From assembly GCA_024542975.1 (NCBI GenBank), contig JAMXCZ010000003.1, forward strand, positions 1 to 57,817: 57,817 bases of DNA, read 5' to 3'. Origin of the DNA: Candidatus Omnitrophota bacterium. Lineage in GTDB: Bacteria; Omnitrophota; Gorgyraeia; JABMRN01; RBG-13-46-9. Within the stretch, counting starts at the first letter, position 1; each line of letters begins with the position of its first letter. Shown here in pieces: positions 1-9,709 of the stretch. The notes under the pieces were generated by a model, which saw only the letters and a program-made list of their open reading frames with translations, searched no databases and was not told where the DNA came from. The position numbers and the translations under genes were made by a program.

Positions 1-366
1 CCAAGCTCAATAGATTATACCTTGACGTTTACGCCGCCAGAGGGATTTGAAGGAACAACGTTGGAGGTAACCACTATAGTTACAAGTATAAATGACTATG
101 ATGGAGTGAGTGGGCTGCACTATGATGCGGGTCAGGTGCTAGTAGAGGAAACTCAAGAAATAGCTCTTGGGACCGACAACACCTTAGACTATAGTTACGC
201 ACCATCTGTGGATTTAATTGGCGGTATGGTAATAGGCAGTGTTAGTTTGTTTGCTGAGTTATCTATTATCATCACAGACCCAGAGAGCGGATTGAGTTAT
301 ACGATAGTTTACGACGATCAGTTGTTTATATACAGACTTGGTAGCTCTTTGCCTACCGAATGGTAA
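1..366 (+). CDS. Hypothetical protein, 3' part (frame open from the window edge)
   Basis: Frame 1 has no stop from position 1 to TAA at 364-366. The sequence is beta-rich and acidic, with no recognised motif. Confidence 0.55.
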   Translation, partial: PSSIDYTLTFTPPEGFEGTTLEVTTIVTSINDYDGVSGLHYDAGQVLVEETQEIALGTDNTLDYSYAPSVDLIGGMVIGSVSLFAELSIIITDPESGLSYTIVYDDQLFIYRLGSSLPTEW

Positions 367-438
367 AGTAGGGACGCTTCTTACAACAGGAAGTGCACAT
401 AACTTCCATATCAAAGTTAAGAGACGTCCCTTCTTTTT
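367..438. repeat. REP-like imperfect inverted repeat / probable terminator
   Basis: AGTAGGGACGCTTCTTA pairs imperfectly with TAAGAGACGTCCCTTCT, with an inner GGAAGT/ACTTCC stem and a trailing T-run. It shares the GGGACG core with 34994-35140. Confidence 0.55.
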
Positions 439-522
439 TGCCTACATACTTTTGTAATTTTTTTCCATAAACAAACTAGACCCTATTTGGACACAAGCCC
501 TAAAGCTTAAATACTTCATGAT

Positions 523-551
523 TTGACATTTCTCATAAGTCCTTGTATAAT
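523..551 (+). promoter_or_regulatory. Consensus sigma70 promoter upstream of the truncated tRNA copy
   Basis: TTGACA (523-528), 17 nt spacer, TATAAT (546-551). Confidence 0.75.
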
Positions 552-633
552 ATAGCACTAATAATCATGGGGCCATCCCATCCGGAAGACACGGAGTGGG
601 ATAAGGCCCTGGCAGGTAGATTTTCATAGTAGA

Positions 634-673
634 GGGGCCATAGCTCAATTTGGTTAGAGCATCTGACTCATAA
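634..673 (+). repeat. attL core: 5' half of tRNA(CAT), 40-bp direct repeat
   Basis: GGGGCCATAGCTCAATTTGGTTAGAGCATCTGACTCATAA is identical to 24184-24223, and identity stops at the end of the anticodon loop. Confidence 0.95.
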
Positions 674-750
674 AGCGAAAAGGGCCATTTTTGTAACCTC
701 AATAAAACCAACCTATTGCGTTACTATATAAAGACTTATGGAAAAATGAC

Positions 751-815
751 TTTCGTGTAGTTTTGTGTATCTTGGGGTATTTTAGGGTATAGAGTAGTCA
801 CAAATTGGTCACAAG
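751..815 (+). repeat. att arm: four 10-bp-period repeats plus a tandem integrase arm-type site
   Basis: TTTCGTGTAG/TTTTGTGTAT/CTTGGGGTAT/TTTAGGGTAT (751-790), then GTCACAAATTGGTCACAAG (797-815), an 18/19 match to 24093-24111. Confidence 0.7.
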
Positions 816-975
816 ATGCCATTCCTAAACTACTGGTGCAGCCTTCCTCATCGTACGTCTTTTTTCAAGTTTAGAATTTTATTTCGAAATTCTTCAGTTT
901 TTTTAGTGTGTTAAGGTATAATATAAGGGCGTTTATTTTGACGGCCGATGGGCGCCAAACAGAAAAAAAGCATAG

Positions 976-1623
976 ATGAAACCATACGTAAATAAAATGA
1001 ATAAAGAAATAGTAGTTGGAACATGGCTGTGGGCAGGATTTGAGCATTTTTTTGTAGGGTTTCTGCTCGAAGAACAAAATTGGAATATTCATAGTACTTT
1101 TTTTTGTTGTATGGGACTGGAATGTTTTTGTAAAGCGTATATATTAGCATGTCGATCAACTGATTATGAACACCTAAACTTTAATGAAGCCAAAGGTAAA
1201 ATAGACAATATTGCGAGAAGTTTGTCTCACAAACTTCGAGAGATGCTTATGAAAATGGATGAGCTTAATAAAGATATTGAAATAGCGAGTACTTTTAAGC
1301 AGGATTTTGATGGATATAAAGGTGAGCAGCTAGTAGATGTTTTGGAAGCTGCGTATAATGAATCTCGGTACCCCGTTTCAAGCTCAATAAGTTCAAAATA
1401 TCCAATGAGTGGCACAGAGCTTTTTCTAAACCCTCTAAGATCTAGCGGAATCGCTAAATTTTCATATTCTATCGGAAGGCAAATTTTATTAGCACTAAAA
1501 AATAAATATACCGTTGGAATAACTGAAAAAGTTATAAATGTTCGAACACTGAGTAGAGGAGAAGGCAACAGGTTCTGCAATTTATTTTTTGCTAATGAAA
1601 TGGACAAATATGTAATGCACTAA
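976..1623 (+). CDS. HEPN-domain protein
   Basis: GLECFCKAY, SHKL and YNESRYP match the HEPN pattern E-x-x-hKA...H.L...Y..SRYP. The true start may be 997. Confidence 0.65.
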   Translation: MKPYVNKMNKEIVVGTWLWAGFEHFFVGFLLEEQNWNIHSTFFCCMGLECFCKAYILACRSTDYEHLNFNEAKGKIDNIARSLSHKLREMLMKMDELNKDIEIASTFKQDFDGYKGEQLVDVLEAAYNESRYPVSSSISSKYPMSGTELFLNPLRSSGIAKFSYSIGRQILLALKNKYTVGITEKVINVRTLSRGEGNRFCNLFFANEMDKYVMH

Positions 1624-1938
1624 CTAAACTCATAGCATAAATGGGTGCCCTAGAACCATGAGATGTTTACAAACAGGATGATACCAAGAACGATATGGAA
1701 CTTATGTCTCAATGATGTTCATCCAAAAGCTGTATGCATACCAAATAAACCTCCCCTCGGAAATACGCTATTTCTCCCATTTATGGTTGCTTAACAAACA
1801 AACGAACGATTGTTTGAATATTAAATGCCATACCCAGACTATCGGTACAGTCCGTCTCATCGCATATTCCTTTTTAGAATTTACAGTGGCATAATATAGT
1901 GCTAAAATACAATCATAATGCAGAAAAGGAGGTGTTGT

Positions 1939-2238
1939 ATGTCAGGACGGCCGAAATTAGATCTTAAAACATATATTGCTATTGTTATGGCGATATTTGC
2001 TTCCGTTAGTGCGTGGTCTGCTCATATTAGTGCCACAAAAGTTCATCAACCGATATATGACGTTAAAGAAATGTCATATTGTGAAAAAGATGACGAAGCA
2101 AACAAGACGGCATTCAAAACAGAGTTGTCAAAAGGAGGATACACCATTTTGGATTTTTATATAGCGGACATAAACGTAACTCCTGCAAATCCAAAGGGAG
2201 ATAAGTATACGTTCTTTCTTGGCAAATTAACAAAATAA
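1939..2238 (+). CDS. Small exported/membrane-anchored hypothetical protein
   Basis: AGGAGG SD before ATG 1939 and a hydrophobic N-terminal segment (IAIVMAIFASVSAWSA). Confidence 0.65.
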   Translation: MSGRPKLDLKTYIAIVMAIFASVSAWSAHISATKVHQPIYDVKEMSYCEKDDEANKTAFKTELSKGGYTILDFYIADINVTPANPKGDKYTFFLGKLTK

Positions 2239-2322
2239 GCGTTAGTTGTTAAGCATTAGGTTCCTGCCAACGCCGATATTATGAGTATTAGCAATATTTA
2301 GCATTGAGCAAGTTGGGAAAAT

Positions 2323-2994
2323 ATGGATTTAGACAAACTATTTTCAATTACGGAAAAGCTCCGAATACAAGCAATTGGTGATCCTGTCTGGATTCCAGAG
2401 AAAAAAGTTTTTGAATACAGTAATCAAAGTATAAACGTTGTTGTTGTTCTTAAAGCTATTAGAGCAGCTCAAGGCATTAAATCATTGTATCTCTTATGTA
2501 GGAATGGGTTGTTTATTGATATGGGCGCCATTTATCGCTGTGTCAGCGATTGCTCGGAAGAGATATATTTTCTACTTGAGCAATATCCAATAGCTTCGGA
2601 TAATGTCAAAAAATTCGTTAAGGCATTCTTTGAAACAACAATTGATGGTCATTTGAATGCGAAAACGGAGCATGTACCAACTGGGAAAATTCATAGCGCA
2701 ATGGTTAGAACATTAACTGGTTCTAAACAAGATGAGAAGATTCGTACCAGTATAAATAATATTCACAAGACTTTTTCTGGTTATACGCACGCAAATTATT
2801 CTCATATAATGCAGGCTTACGGTGGTACTCCATCTAATTTTAATCTCTCGGGCGTGTCCTCTGTCCAGCAACGGGAGATGCATATGCAGCTTGTAGAGCA
2901 GGCATACTATTCGGTGTTATGTTCGATTGGGTTTGCAGCTAACAAATTTGGTTTAGCTGAGCTCTTTCGCGAAGTCGTTCAATGTTGCGAATAG
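2323..2994 (+). CDS. DUF5677-like helical protein (HEPN-related)
   Basis: 223 aa with an AIYRCVSD...FSGYTHAN (R...S..vH) pattern, recognised by eye. Confidence 0.5.
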   Translation: MDLDKLFSITEKLRIQAIGDPVWIPEKKVFEYSNQSINVVVVLKAIRAAQGIKSLYLLCRNGLFIDMGAIYRCVSDCSEEIYFLLEQYPIASDNVKKFVKAFFETTIDGHLNAKTEHVPTGKIHSAMVRTLTGSKQDEKIRTSINNIHKTFSGYTHANYSHIMQAYGGTPSNFNLSGVSSVQQREMHMQLVEQAYYSVLCSIGFAANKFGLAELFREVVQCCE

Positions 2995-3060
2995 AAATGA
3001 GTAAACAACCGACCGATTGTGTGAATTAAGGATCGTCTCATTCCACTTGACTTGCTCTAC

Positions 3061-3080
3061 AAAGTGTTATAAAGTGTTAT
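3061..3080 (+). promoter_or_regulatory. Tandem 10-bp repeat, likely operator of the HTH/R-M operon
   Basis: AAAGTGTTAT x2 ends 3 nt before the HTH start codon. TTGACT lies at 3047-3052. Confidence 0.5.
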
Positions 3081-3083
3081 ATT

Positions 3084-3257
3084 ATGACCCTCATACAAGA
3101 ACTCGAAAAATACCGGCTCGAGCATAAAATTACGCAGGAACAGCTTGCAAAGGACTTGGGCGTTGCATTCGCTACTGTTAATCGCTGGATTAATGGTAGA
3201 TATAAGCCGAGAAAGATTCAGCAGTATCATATTGAAAAGTATTTAAGAAAAAAGTGA
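3084..3257 (+). CDS. XRE-family HTH protein, putative R-M controller (not in ORF track)
   Basis: 57 aa, MTLIQELEKYRLEHKITQEQLAKDLGVAFATVNRWINGRYKPRK..., a classic HTH_3 pattern, immediately upstream of the MTase. Confidence 0.85.
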   Translation: MTLIQELEKYRLEHKITQEQLAKDLGVAFATVNRWINGRYKPRKIQQYHIEKYLRKK

Positions 3258-3272
3258 AAAGAAAAGATATTT

Positions 3273-4379
3273 ATGGAAAAACACTCGGTTGTTAGTTTAT
3301 TTTCAGGATGTGGTGGGCTTGATTTTGGTTTCTACCAGGCTGGATTTAATCTAGTCTGGGCTAATGAAATTAGCGAAGATGCTGCGCAGTCCTATTCTAG
3401 CCTTTTAGGGCATAATGTTGTTACTGATGATATTTGGAGAGTAATTGAACAGGTGCCGCATAGCGATGTGGTTATTGGCGGTCCCCCTTGTCAGTCTTTT
3501 TCTCTAGTTGGCAAACGCCTAGAAACAGATCCGCGAGGAAAACTTGTTTTTGCTTATGAGCAAGTCATTAAAAACGCTAAACCACTAGCTTTTGTAATGG
3601 AAAATGTGCCTGGCTTGATGTCCTCCCATATTGATGGCACGCGATTGCATCTTTATTTAGCGGATCAATTTATGAAGTTGGGATACAAAGTTTCTATCTT
3701 AAAGTTGATAGCTACTGATTTTTTTGTTCCACAAAAAAGACGGCGAGTATTCATGATTGGTCACCGCATAGATGGAAAATCATTTGATCTTATTGATGCC
3801 GATGCCTTTGCAAAAATTCTTGGAGAACCTAATTTAAAATCCCCAGTTACTGTTTCAGATGCACTTGATGATTTACCGAATCCACTGCGCAAAGGCAACA
3901 AGGCTTCGGTAGCCTATAAATCATCACCACATTCGGCTTATTCTCAATTGATGCGTCAGAATGGCCCACAGGAAATTGAATTACAGACAATGCCAACTAT
4001 GTCAGAACTTGATCGAGAGTTTGTTAAGCATATCCCACCTGGCGGGAACTATAATAATATTCCCGATTCGATATCTACCAAGAGAATATTGTCCTTCAAG
4101 AAATCGGGTGGAAGAACCACAACATATGGTCGTTTACATCAAGACGCACCAGCTTATACGATCAACACATATTTTAATCGACCAAATGTGGGAGCAAACT
4201 ATCATCATGAAGAAGAGAGACTAATTACTGTTCGTGAAGCATTGCGTCTTCAGTCTTTTCCTGATTACTTTACTCCATATTATTCGAACCAAAGAAGTCT
4301 TCATATGCAGATAGGTAATGCTGTTCCGCCTCTCATGGCCAGAGCTGTTGCAGAATCTCTTAAAAGATTGCTCGCATGA
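3273..4379 (+). CDS. DNA (cytosine-5) methyltransferase
   Basis: Motifs FSGCGG (I), GGPPCQSFS (IV), MENVPG (VI), QKRRR (VIII), REALRLQSF (IX) and GNAVPP (X). Confidence 0.95.
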   Translation: MEKHSVVSLFSGCGGLDFGFYQAGFNLVWANEISEDAAQSYSSLLGHNVVTDDIWRVIEQVPHSDVVIGGPPCQSFSLVGKRLETDPRGKLVFAYEQVIKNAKPLAFVMENVPGLMSSHIDGTRLHLYLADQFMKLGYKVSILKLIATDFFVPQKRRRVFMIGHRIDGKSFDLIDADAFAKILGEPNLKSPVTVSDALDDLPNPLRKGNKASVAYKSSPHSAYSQLMRQNGPQEIELQTMPTMSELDREFVKHIPPGGNYNNIPDSISTKRILSFKKSGGRTTTYGRLHQDAPAYTINTYFNRPNVGANYHHEEERLITVREALRLQSFPDYFTPYYSNQRSLHMQIGNAVPPLMARAVAESLKRLLA

Positions 4380-5713
4380 TACAACAAGAAGTTATTAAAA
4401 AAGGTGAATTAGGACAGGTTTGGACTCCTAGCGATGTAGCTTGCGAAATGGCTAAAGAAGTATTAGCTGTAAACCCGCGTGCAAAGCATGTGCTTGATCC
4501 TGCTTGTGGTCCAGCAACTTTTTCAACTGCATTTGATAGCGCCGGAGCTAAAAATATAGATCTTGTTTGCTATGACGTTGATGAAACCATGAAGAAGTTT
4601 ACCGCCAAAACGAATCGGAAACTTGGGTTCAAGAGTAAAACTAGATTAGCTGACTACTTAGCAGATACTAGCTTAGAGGGAACTTTTGACACAATTATAA
4701 TGAATCCTCCGTATATTCGTCAAGAAGACATAGCAAAAGTTAACAAGGATAAATACCATCAGTATTTATCTCAAAATTTTAGAGAAAAAATTGACAAGAG
4801 GACTAACCTGTTTGCTCTGTTTCTGTTAAAAGGAACACTTGACCTAAAGCCTAATGGTGTAATGTGTGCAATTGTCTATGATGCCATTAGTCAAACCGAG
4901 TATGGGAAGAAGACGCTTAAACTTATGGATCGCCATGCTAAAATGTTATCTAGCAAACACGTTAAAATGCCTTTTGATGATGTTTTAGTTGACGCTCAAA
5001 TCCTACTATTTCGTAAAAGACAACATATATTGGAAGCGAGCGAATCCTACAAAGAAAGATGCGACGACAAGCTAACAACTCTTGAAAAGTTGCTTGATAC
5101 CCGTAGAGGAACTTGTTTCCCATTACGAAAGCTATTTATTGCTACCCGAAATGATCCATATTTTAGTTCTACGAGCCCTCTTTTTATTAAACAGCGCAAC
5201 ATTACAGGACTTGTAGTTAAGCCAGATCAGAGGGCGTATCTAGCTAATAAACCTCTTCGCGCTGAGATTTTTAAATGGCTGCATAAACGATCTGACAATC
5301 AGTTTCCATTATCAAAGATGGCCGTGCGCGGCATTAAAGGCCCCATTGTTTTCAATTACTATATGCGTAAAGCACCTCGCCATTTATGGAATCCAAAAAA
5401 CATTGCTGTAACAGACAATTTCTATGTTTCAACCCCAAGAAATGATTTTCCAAGTGAAATAGCTTGGTTTCTTTTGAATAGTGACCTCTATATATCTAAA
5501 CTTCTAAGGGCTGCTCGGAATCAGGGTAATGGGTTGTTAAAGCTGCAATTATTCGAATACAAAAATGTGCGAATGCCTGATTGGAATCGGATTCCAAAAA
5601 GGGAAATAGCAGCTTTGTCAAAAGTCGCGAAAGAGTTGATCAAAGATAATGCTAGTTACGAAACTATCAGGAAAATTGCTGATAAAGCAACAAAGGGGTT
5701 GTTTAATGCCTAG
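4376..5713 (+). CDS. N6-adenine DNA methyltransferase (gamma class, Eco57I-like)
   Basis: GQVWTP, LDPACG and NPPY motifs with a C-terminal TRD-like region. ATGA overlap with the upstream gene. Confidence 0.9.
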   Translation: MIQQEVIKKGELGQVWTPSDVACEMAKEVLAVNPRAKHVLDPACGPATFSTAFDSAGAKNIDLVCYDVDETMKKFTAKTNRKLGFKSKTRLADYLADTSLEGTFDTIIMNPPYIRQEDIAKVNKDKYHQYLSQNFREKIDKRTNLFALFLLKGTLDLKPNGVMCAIVYDAISQTEYGKKTLKLMDRHAKMLSSKHVKMPFDDVLVDAQILLFRKRQHILEASESYKERCDDKLTTLEKLLDTRRGTCFPLRKLFIATRNDPYFSSTSPLFIKQRNITGLVVKPDQRAYLANKPLRAEIFKWLHKRSDNQFPLSKMAVRGIKGPIVFNYYMRKAPRHLWNPKNIAVTDNFYVSTPRNDFPSEIAWFLLNSDLYISKLLRAARNQGNGLLKLQLFEYKNVRMPDWNRIPKREIAALSKVAKELIKDNASYETIRKIADKATKGLFNA

Positions 5714-8306
5714 GCCAATTTTGCCATCATATTCATCACCCGAAAATACAGTGTTTCATCCAGCTTTTAAATATGCTGTTGAAGAAGCAATTGCTCGCAA
5801 AGGGCTTACTGGAACCATTGATATTAAGGGGCAATATCCTACTCCGACTGGACCTGCAGATTTCGCGTTGTTCAACAATTCAACTCAAAGAGTATTAATG
5901 CCGATAGAGATAAAGAGAACTCAAGGAAGTGCCAGAGGACCTGGAAGACGACAAGCTCGTGATTATTGGGTGAATTTAGGGCGCGCAACGCCATTTTATT
6001 GCGTATCGAATTTAGAGTTAACGGAGCTATTCAGAAATGATACTCTTCGTCCAAGGACATCTGCTCAGCTCTTAAAATTATCCAATGCACATGCTGGTCA
6101 ATTAGGTGTTACACAGCCAAACGACCTATATGACAATCTTATTTTATGCATGGAAGAGATACTTGATCTATTGCTTGGCATATCCAGTCCAGTTTACGTA
6201 ACTGGGCTTGTCGAATTTCAGGCGCATATAGAGAATGTAATAGGCAATGCGTCGGCTTGGCACAAAATATTCATACCGGCATGCTATGAATACATTAGAG
6301 GTGCCGCGTCACTAGGCGGCCCACTTTCTACTCTAATTGCGTCTTGGAGAGCAGCAGATTTCTTTAAAAACAATCCCCAGCGGCTTAATCAACTTGGTAG
6401 TGCTGTTGACTTTGAACATATATTCAAAATTCCAGACCCAGATCCCAATGACCCGATTGCTTTTGCTCAAATAGTATTGAAAGAATTGTATGAGAGCGGT
6501 AAGGCGCTTGGCCAGGGAGATGATATAGCAGAGCTTGTTAATGAAGCCTTAGCGCCAGCTGGGTTGGGAATAATCGAAACTGATGTTGAACTGGCTCAAT
6601 TATTATCTGTTGTAGCAAGAGTTGCATTAGGCAGAGACTTGAAACCAAATGAAGAAGTGGTTGATCCTGCGGCTGGAAGCGGTCGTATCTTAACGGCGCT
6701 GTTACTAACCGCATTTCCAGGGCTAACTCCACGCCAAGTTAGAGCCATTGAGAAGGAACAGCTTTTTGCAGAATCTTTAAGTCTTCGCTTGGGTTTGGCA
6801 TTTGCTCCAGTGATCTCTGCAGCTAACTCTCCAACGGTAACTATTTCACCCATTGAGTCAATAAATCCATCCGAATTTGAAAACGTCCGTATTGTTTCCA
6901 TGAATCCTCCTTTTATGTCTGGCGTTCAGGCTGCTAGCTTGAAAGGGTCATTTGTTAGTCGCATTAGAGCCGTTTCTGGCAGACCGTCTGTATTAAGCAG
7001 TGGTCAGATAGCTCTTGAGGCTTTATTTCTTGAGCTTATTTGGCATTTGGTTAAGCCAGAAACAATCATTGCTACAGTTTTTCCTTTCCAACATTTATCG
7101 AGAAGATCGGATGAGGTAGTTGCTTTACGGCGTTTTCTTGCTGAAACTTTTGCTTTAACACATATCGTAGTTTATCCAAGCGCAGGTCTTTTTCAAGAAG
7201 TTATTAAACAGACCGTTTTGCTCGTTGGGAAAAAAGGAGCGACTGAAGAAGATGTAAAGGTTGTCGAAATACAAAAGCGAGTTGCAGATGTTGATTTTTC
7301 TGAAATGCTTAACCAAATGCTCAGTGGTAGTTTAAACCCAACGCATGGTGTTTTAATAAAATCTGTGCCACGATGTGATCTTATGTCTAGTATTTCTGAC
7401 GGCTGGAAGGGAATATTTGGTTCAGGAGCATTGAGCCAAGCATTTCTGCAAAAATATATGAGCAGTTTTTCTTCAATTGAAGACCTTGGATCTGCCAATG
7501 TCACCAGGGGGTCTGTAGGAAATCATGGTAACACAAAATTAACAGTTTTTAATTCACCCAACCCGAGGTATCTTAGCGTTTTCAACTTAATTCCACCTCT
7601 TTGGTTAAAGCCAGTTCTTAACAAAACAGTAAATATGCCTAGAGACCTAACCCCTACTAATGCGCCACAGATGTCATTTGTACCGCCACCTTCTGCTTAC
7701 CAAGCAGGAACAGCAGAAAATCAAACATTGCGGTCAATCGTTCAGAAATATCTGTTGGTATATGTTCCACCGCGAGGAAGTCAAACGCGCAGGGTTAAGA
7801 CAGAGGATGAAATTATAAGTGATCTACAGGCAGACCAGAGAGTTCCTGGCTCCGGGTGGGTGCTAATCCAACGGGCTTCAAGAACACAGGGAGAAATTGG
7901 CTTACTAGAGCATAATGGTATTTTGTTGTCGACAAATGTTCCTATGGTTAAACTTCCTACAGATAGAGAAAGAAAGCTACTGGCCTCCTGGGTTCTTTCG
8001 GTTTTTGGACAGATGCAGCTTAATATTCTTGGAACATCTCAAGAAGGTATGCGTAAGCTAGAGATATCTTCCATTAAAGGGCTATTGTATCCGGATTTTT
8101 CTGTTATTTCTGCAGCTATTGCAGCAACATTGCTTTCAACCCTTATGACTGAACCGGCTTTGTCCTTTAACCAAATTCAGCAACGGTCGTCGGACCAACT
8201 TTGGGCAGAAGTGGTTGATCCTGCTGATTCTACCACGTGTCTAGTTCAAGCATTTGAAATCTTTCAACAGCAAGTTGAAGAGCTGCAAAATTTTGGGAAT
8301 ACATAA
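5706..8306 (+). CDS. Type IIG/IIC-like restriction endonuclease-methyltransferase fusion
   Basis: N-terminal PD-(D/E)xK-like PADFALF...IEIK, central DPAAGSG and NPPF, C-terminal specificity-like region. Start placed at ATG 5706. Confidence 0.75.
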   Translation: MPRPILPSYSSPENTVFHPAFKYAVEEAIARKGLTGTIDIKGQYPTPTGPADFALFNNSTQRVLMPIEIKRTQGSARGPGRRQARDYWVNLGRATPFYCVSNLELTELFRNDTLRPRTSAQLLKLSNAHAGQLGVTQPNDLYDNLILCMEEILDLLLGISSPVYVTGLVEFQAHIENVIGNASAWHKIFIPACYEYIRGAASLGGPLSTLIASWRAADFFKNNPQRLNQLGSAVDFEHIFKIPDPDPNDPIAFAQIVLKELYESGKALGQGDDIAELVNEALAPAGLGIIETDVELAQLLSVVARVALGRDLKPNEEVVDPAAGSGRILTALLLTAFPGLTPRQVRAIEKEQLFAESLSLRLGLAFAPVISAANSPTVTISPIESINPSEFENVRIVSMNPPFMSGVQAASLKGSFVSRIRAVSGRPSVLSSGQIALEALFLELIWHLVKPETIIATVFPFQHLSRRSDEVVALRRFLAETFALTHIVVYPSAGLFQEVIKQTVLLVGKKGATEEDVKVVEIQKRVADVDFSEMLNQMLSGSLNPTHGVLIKSVPRCDLMSSISDGWKGIFGSGALSQAFLQKYMSSFSSIEDLGSANVTRGSVGNHGNTKLTVFNSPNPRYLSVFNLIPPLWLKPVLNKTVNMPRDLTPTNAPQMSFVPPPSAYQAGTAENQTLRSIVQKYLLVYVPPRGSQTRRVKTEDEIISDLQADQRVPGSGWVLIQRASRTQGEIGLLEHNGILLSTNVPMVKLPTDRERKLLASWVLSVFGQMQLNILGTSQEGMRKLEISSIKGLLYPDFSVISAAIAATLLSTLMTEPALSFNQIQQRSSDQLWAEVVDPADSTTCLVQAFEIFQQQVEELQNFGNT

Positions 8307-8529
8307 AATAATACTTTGACGGTGCGATGTAAGCAACGCTTAATTAAAAAAACTATTTGACCAGTTTCAATTCAATGGTGTCTTGCTATAAACAAGAAAG
8401 GCCACCTCAATAAAAATAAATGGTGTAAATACAAACAATCGATTGATTGTTTAATACCACTTTTTATACAAGAGAAGTTCCCGATTTTACAGGGGAGGAT
8501 TATTAGATAGCTTATGGAAAGCGCAGATA

Positions 8530-8811
8530 ATGAATAAGATCATCGTATTAGCATTAGCACTCTGCTTATTCGCTACAACCGTCTATGCCGGGTATGTCCG
8601 AGGTTATACGCGCAAAGACGGTACGTATGTCCAAGGATATAACCGATCTGAACCCAATGACACCGTAAGAGACAACTACAATTATAAAGACAACACAAAC
8701 CCCTACACAGGCGAAACTGGAACGAATTACTACCGTGATAACAAAACAAGCGAATATTACGACCCATACTACGATTCCTCTGATAGCTACGATTCCGATT
8801 GGGATTGGTAG
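8530..8811 (+). CDS. Small secreted protein of the GYTRKDGTYV...NPYTG family
   Basis: Signal peptide followed by YVRGYTRKDGTYVQGYNRS...DN...NTNPYTGETGT, a recurrent mobile-element family of unknown function. Confidence 0.8.
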   Translation: MNKIIVLALALCLFATTVYAGYVRGYTRKDGTYVQGYNRSEPNDTVRDNYNYKDNTNPYTGETGTNYYRDNKTSEYYDPYYDSSDSYDSDWDW

Positions 8812-8839
8812 ATAGTACGTAAATCCAATTTTACGACGC

Positions 8840-8868
8840 TTGCCAATCCCCCGCCCCGGTGCTACAAT
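8840..8868 (+). promoter_or_regulatory. sigma70 promoter for the small-gene array
   Basis: TTGCCA-17-TACAAT with an extended -10 TG. Confidence 0.55.
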
Positions 8869-8908
8869 AAGCGTATGAAAACAAAAATGATTATAAAGGA
8901 GATATATT

Positions 8909-9346
8909 ATGCAGATTGAGAGCGTGCTTTTAAAAACATGGTATTGTGAAGAAAGAAAAAAATTGGAAGATTCGCAAGCTTTTAAAAGAGAAGCATATCT
9001 AAAAGCCATTGATGTGAGGTCTGAGATTATTAATAAAATTCAAAAAGAAGATTTACAAAATCTAAAAGAAAAAGGGTATATTTCTAAGGAAGTTAAACTA
9101 ACCCTTTTATCCGATAGGGGTAAAGAACTATCTATGAAAAACGGTATAATAAATATGGGAATAAGTGACAGTAAAGAGTTACCAAAAACATGGGAAGAAA
9201 TATCCGCAATAGAAAGTGGACGTAAAAATATCTATGTACAATATTTCTATCAATTAAAGAAAGTAAATAAAATTGAAGAAGAACTAAAAAAACGAAAACT
9301 TAACTTCGAAAAAATATATGAAGAATATAAAAAGAATATAACATAA
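8909..9346 (+). CDS. Hypothetical protein
   Basis: 145 aa ORF with an AAGGAG SD. Confidence 0.65.
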   Translation: MQIESVLLKTWYCEERKKLEDSQAFKREAYLKAIDVRSEIINKIQKEDLQNLKEKGYISKEVKLTLLSDRGKELSMKNGIINMGISDSKELPKTWEEISAIESGRKNIYVQYFYQLKKVNKIEEELKKRKLNFEKIYEEYKKNIT

Positions 9347-9349
9347 ACA

Positions 9350-9709
9350 ATGAAATACATATTCTTAATGTTAAGTTTATGTCTTTTTAATTCCCTCGCC
9401 CTCGCCGAAACGCACATCGACGCAAAGTTTAAATTCCCCTACGAACAGAAAAATACCGTTCTCGAACAATATGACGCCAATACTACAACAAAAGCATACT
9501 CAAAACTATCCCTCGAAGACAGGATCCGGCTGATACAAGACATCCTTGAGCGATACCGCAAGACCGGCGTTCAGACCAAGTATACAGCCGCAGAATACAT
9601 ATACGCTATCGATAATGTGCTTAAGAAGAACCCGGATTATACAACCGTGCCATTGGGGCAGATTATTAAGATGATACTGGAGGAAGAGGGTAAGGTTAAG
9701 GGGGAATGA
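9350..9709 (+). CDS. Secreted hypothetical protein
   Basis: Signal peptide MKYIFLMLSLCLFNSLALA, coupled to neighbouring genes. Confidence 0.75.
   Translation: MKYIFLMLSLCLFNSLALAETHIDAKFKFPYEQKNTVLEQYDANTTTKAYSKLSLEDRIRLIQDILERYRKTGVQTKYTAAEYIYAIDNVLKKNPDYTTVPLGQIIKMILEEEGKVKGE

Noticed and set aside
634-710. Second intact tRNA gene
   Set aside because: Similarity ends at the anticodon loop, and there is no T-arm or acceptor 3' strand.
1712-1894. 60-aa ORF between the HEPN gene and the 1939 gene
   Set aside because: No SD or recognisable motif, so it cannot be supported.
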